NCBI RefSeq assembly: GCF_006345805.1
Contig: NC_043000.1
Location: forward strand, 35,712,001 to 35,776,000
Direction of reading: 5' to 3'
From: Octopus sinensis
Taxonomy: Eukaryota
Length of the DNA stretch: 64,000 nt
Below the pieces are notes generated by a model. The model had not been told where the DNA came from. It worked only from the letters and a program-made list of their open reading frames with translations, and did no database searches. This document shows positions 63,595-64,000 of this stretch, in pieces. Every line of letters begins with the position of its first letter. Position 1 is the first letter of the stretch. The position numbers were made by a program, and so were the translations under genes.

Positions 63595-64000
63595 TCATCA
63601 TCATCATTGTTTAATGTCCGTTTTCCATGCTGGCATGGGCTGGATGGTTCGACTGGGGGTCTGAGAAGCCAGGTGGCTGCACCAGCCTCCAATCTGATCT
63701 AGCAGTGTTTGTATAGCTGGATGCCTTTCCTAACGCTAATCACTCTGAGAGTGTAGTGGATGCTTTTTATGTGCCACCAGCACAGGGTCCAGAGGGTGCT
63801 GGCATCGACCACGTTTGGATGGTGCTTTTATGTGCCACCAGCATAGGAGCCAGTTGAGGTGGCGCTGGCATTAGCCATGTACAGTTGATGCTTTTTATGT
63901 GCCACCGGCATAGGAGCCAGTTGGCGTGAAGGGGCCGGCATCAGCCACGTTCGGATGGTGAGGGGGCTGGCATCGACCATGTTTGGATGGTGGTTTTTAT
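63595..64000 (-). mobile_element. RTE LINE 3' tail running off the window
   Basis: (CAT)n, ccatgctggcatgg, tandem units. Confidence 0.78.

Overview
AT-rich, microsatellite-saturated eukaryotic DNA, most likely from an octopus or other coleoid cephalopod (inferred from repeat style). The window lies inside one long + strand gene that I read as GRIPAP1 (GRASP-1). I traced 23 GT-AG exons (6082-61059, 2039 nt, about 680 codons) joined in one open frame with matching phases; the start and stop exons lie outside the window. Almost all ORFs in the supplied track are microsatellite or repeat artefacts. The introns hold tRNA-derived SINEs, 5'-truncated RTE LINE tails with 63-68 bp internal tandem units, R4/Dong-like RLE retrotransposon fragments, an L1/Tx1-like RT fragment, mariner, Helitron and Gypsy remnants, and TTAA-flanked MITEs. 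Most notable signals: (1) seven minimal type I hammerhead-ribozyme motifs from about five sequence families, including inverted pairs and a tRNA-headed, TSD-flanked palindromic element (retrozyme/Penelope-like); (2) a SINE whose target sites begin with GGT(AT) and which inserts into that motif inside its own family; (3) a triplicated splice acceptor giving two frame-breaking decoy acceptors. Family names come from motif recognition, not database searches.
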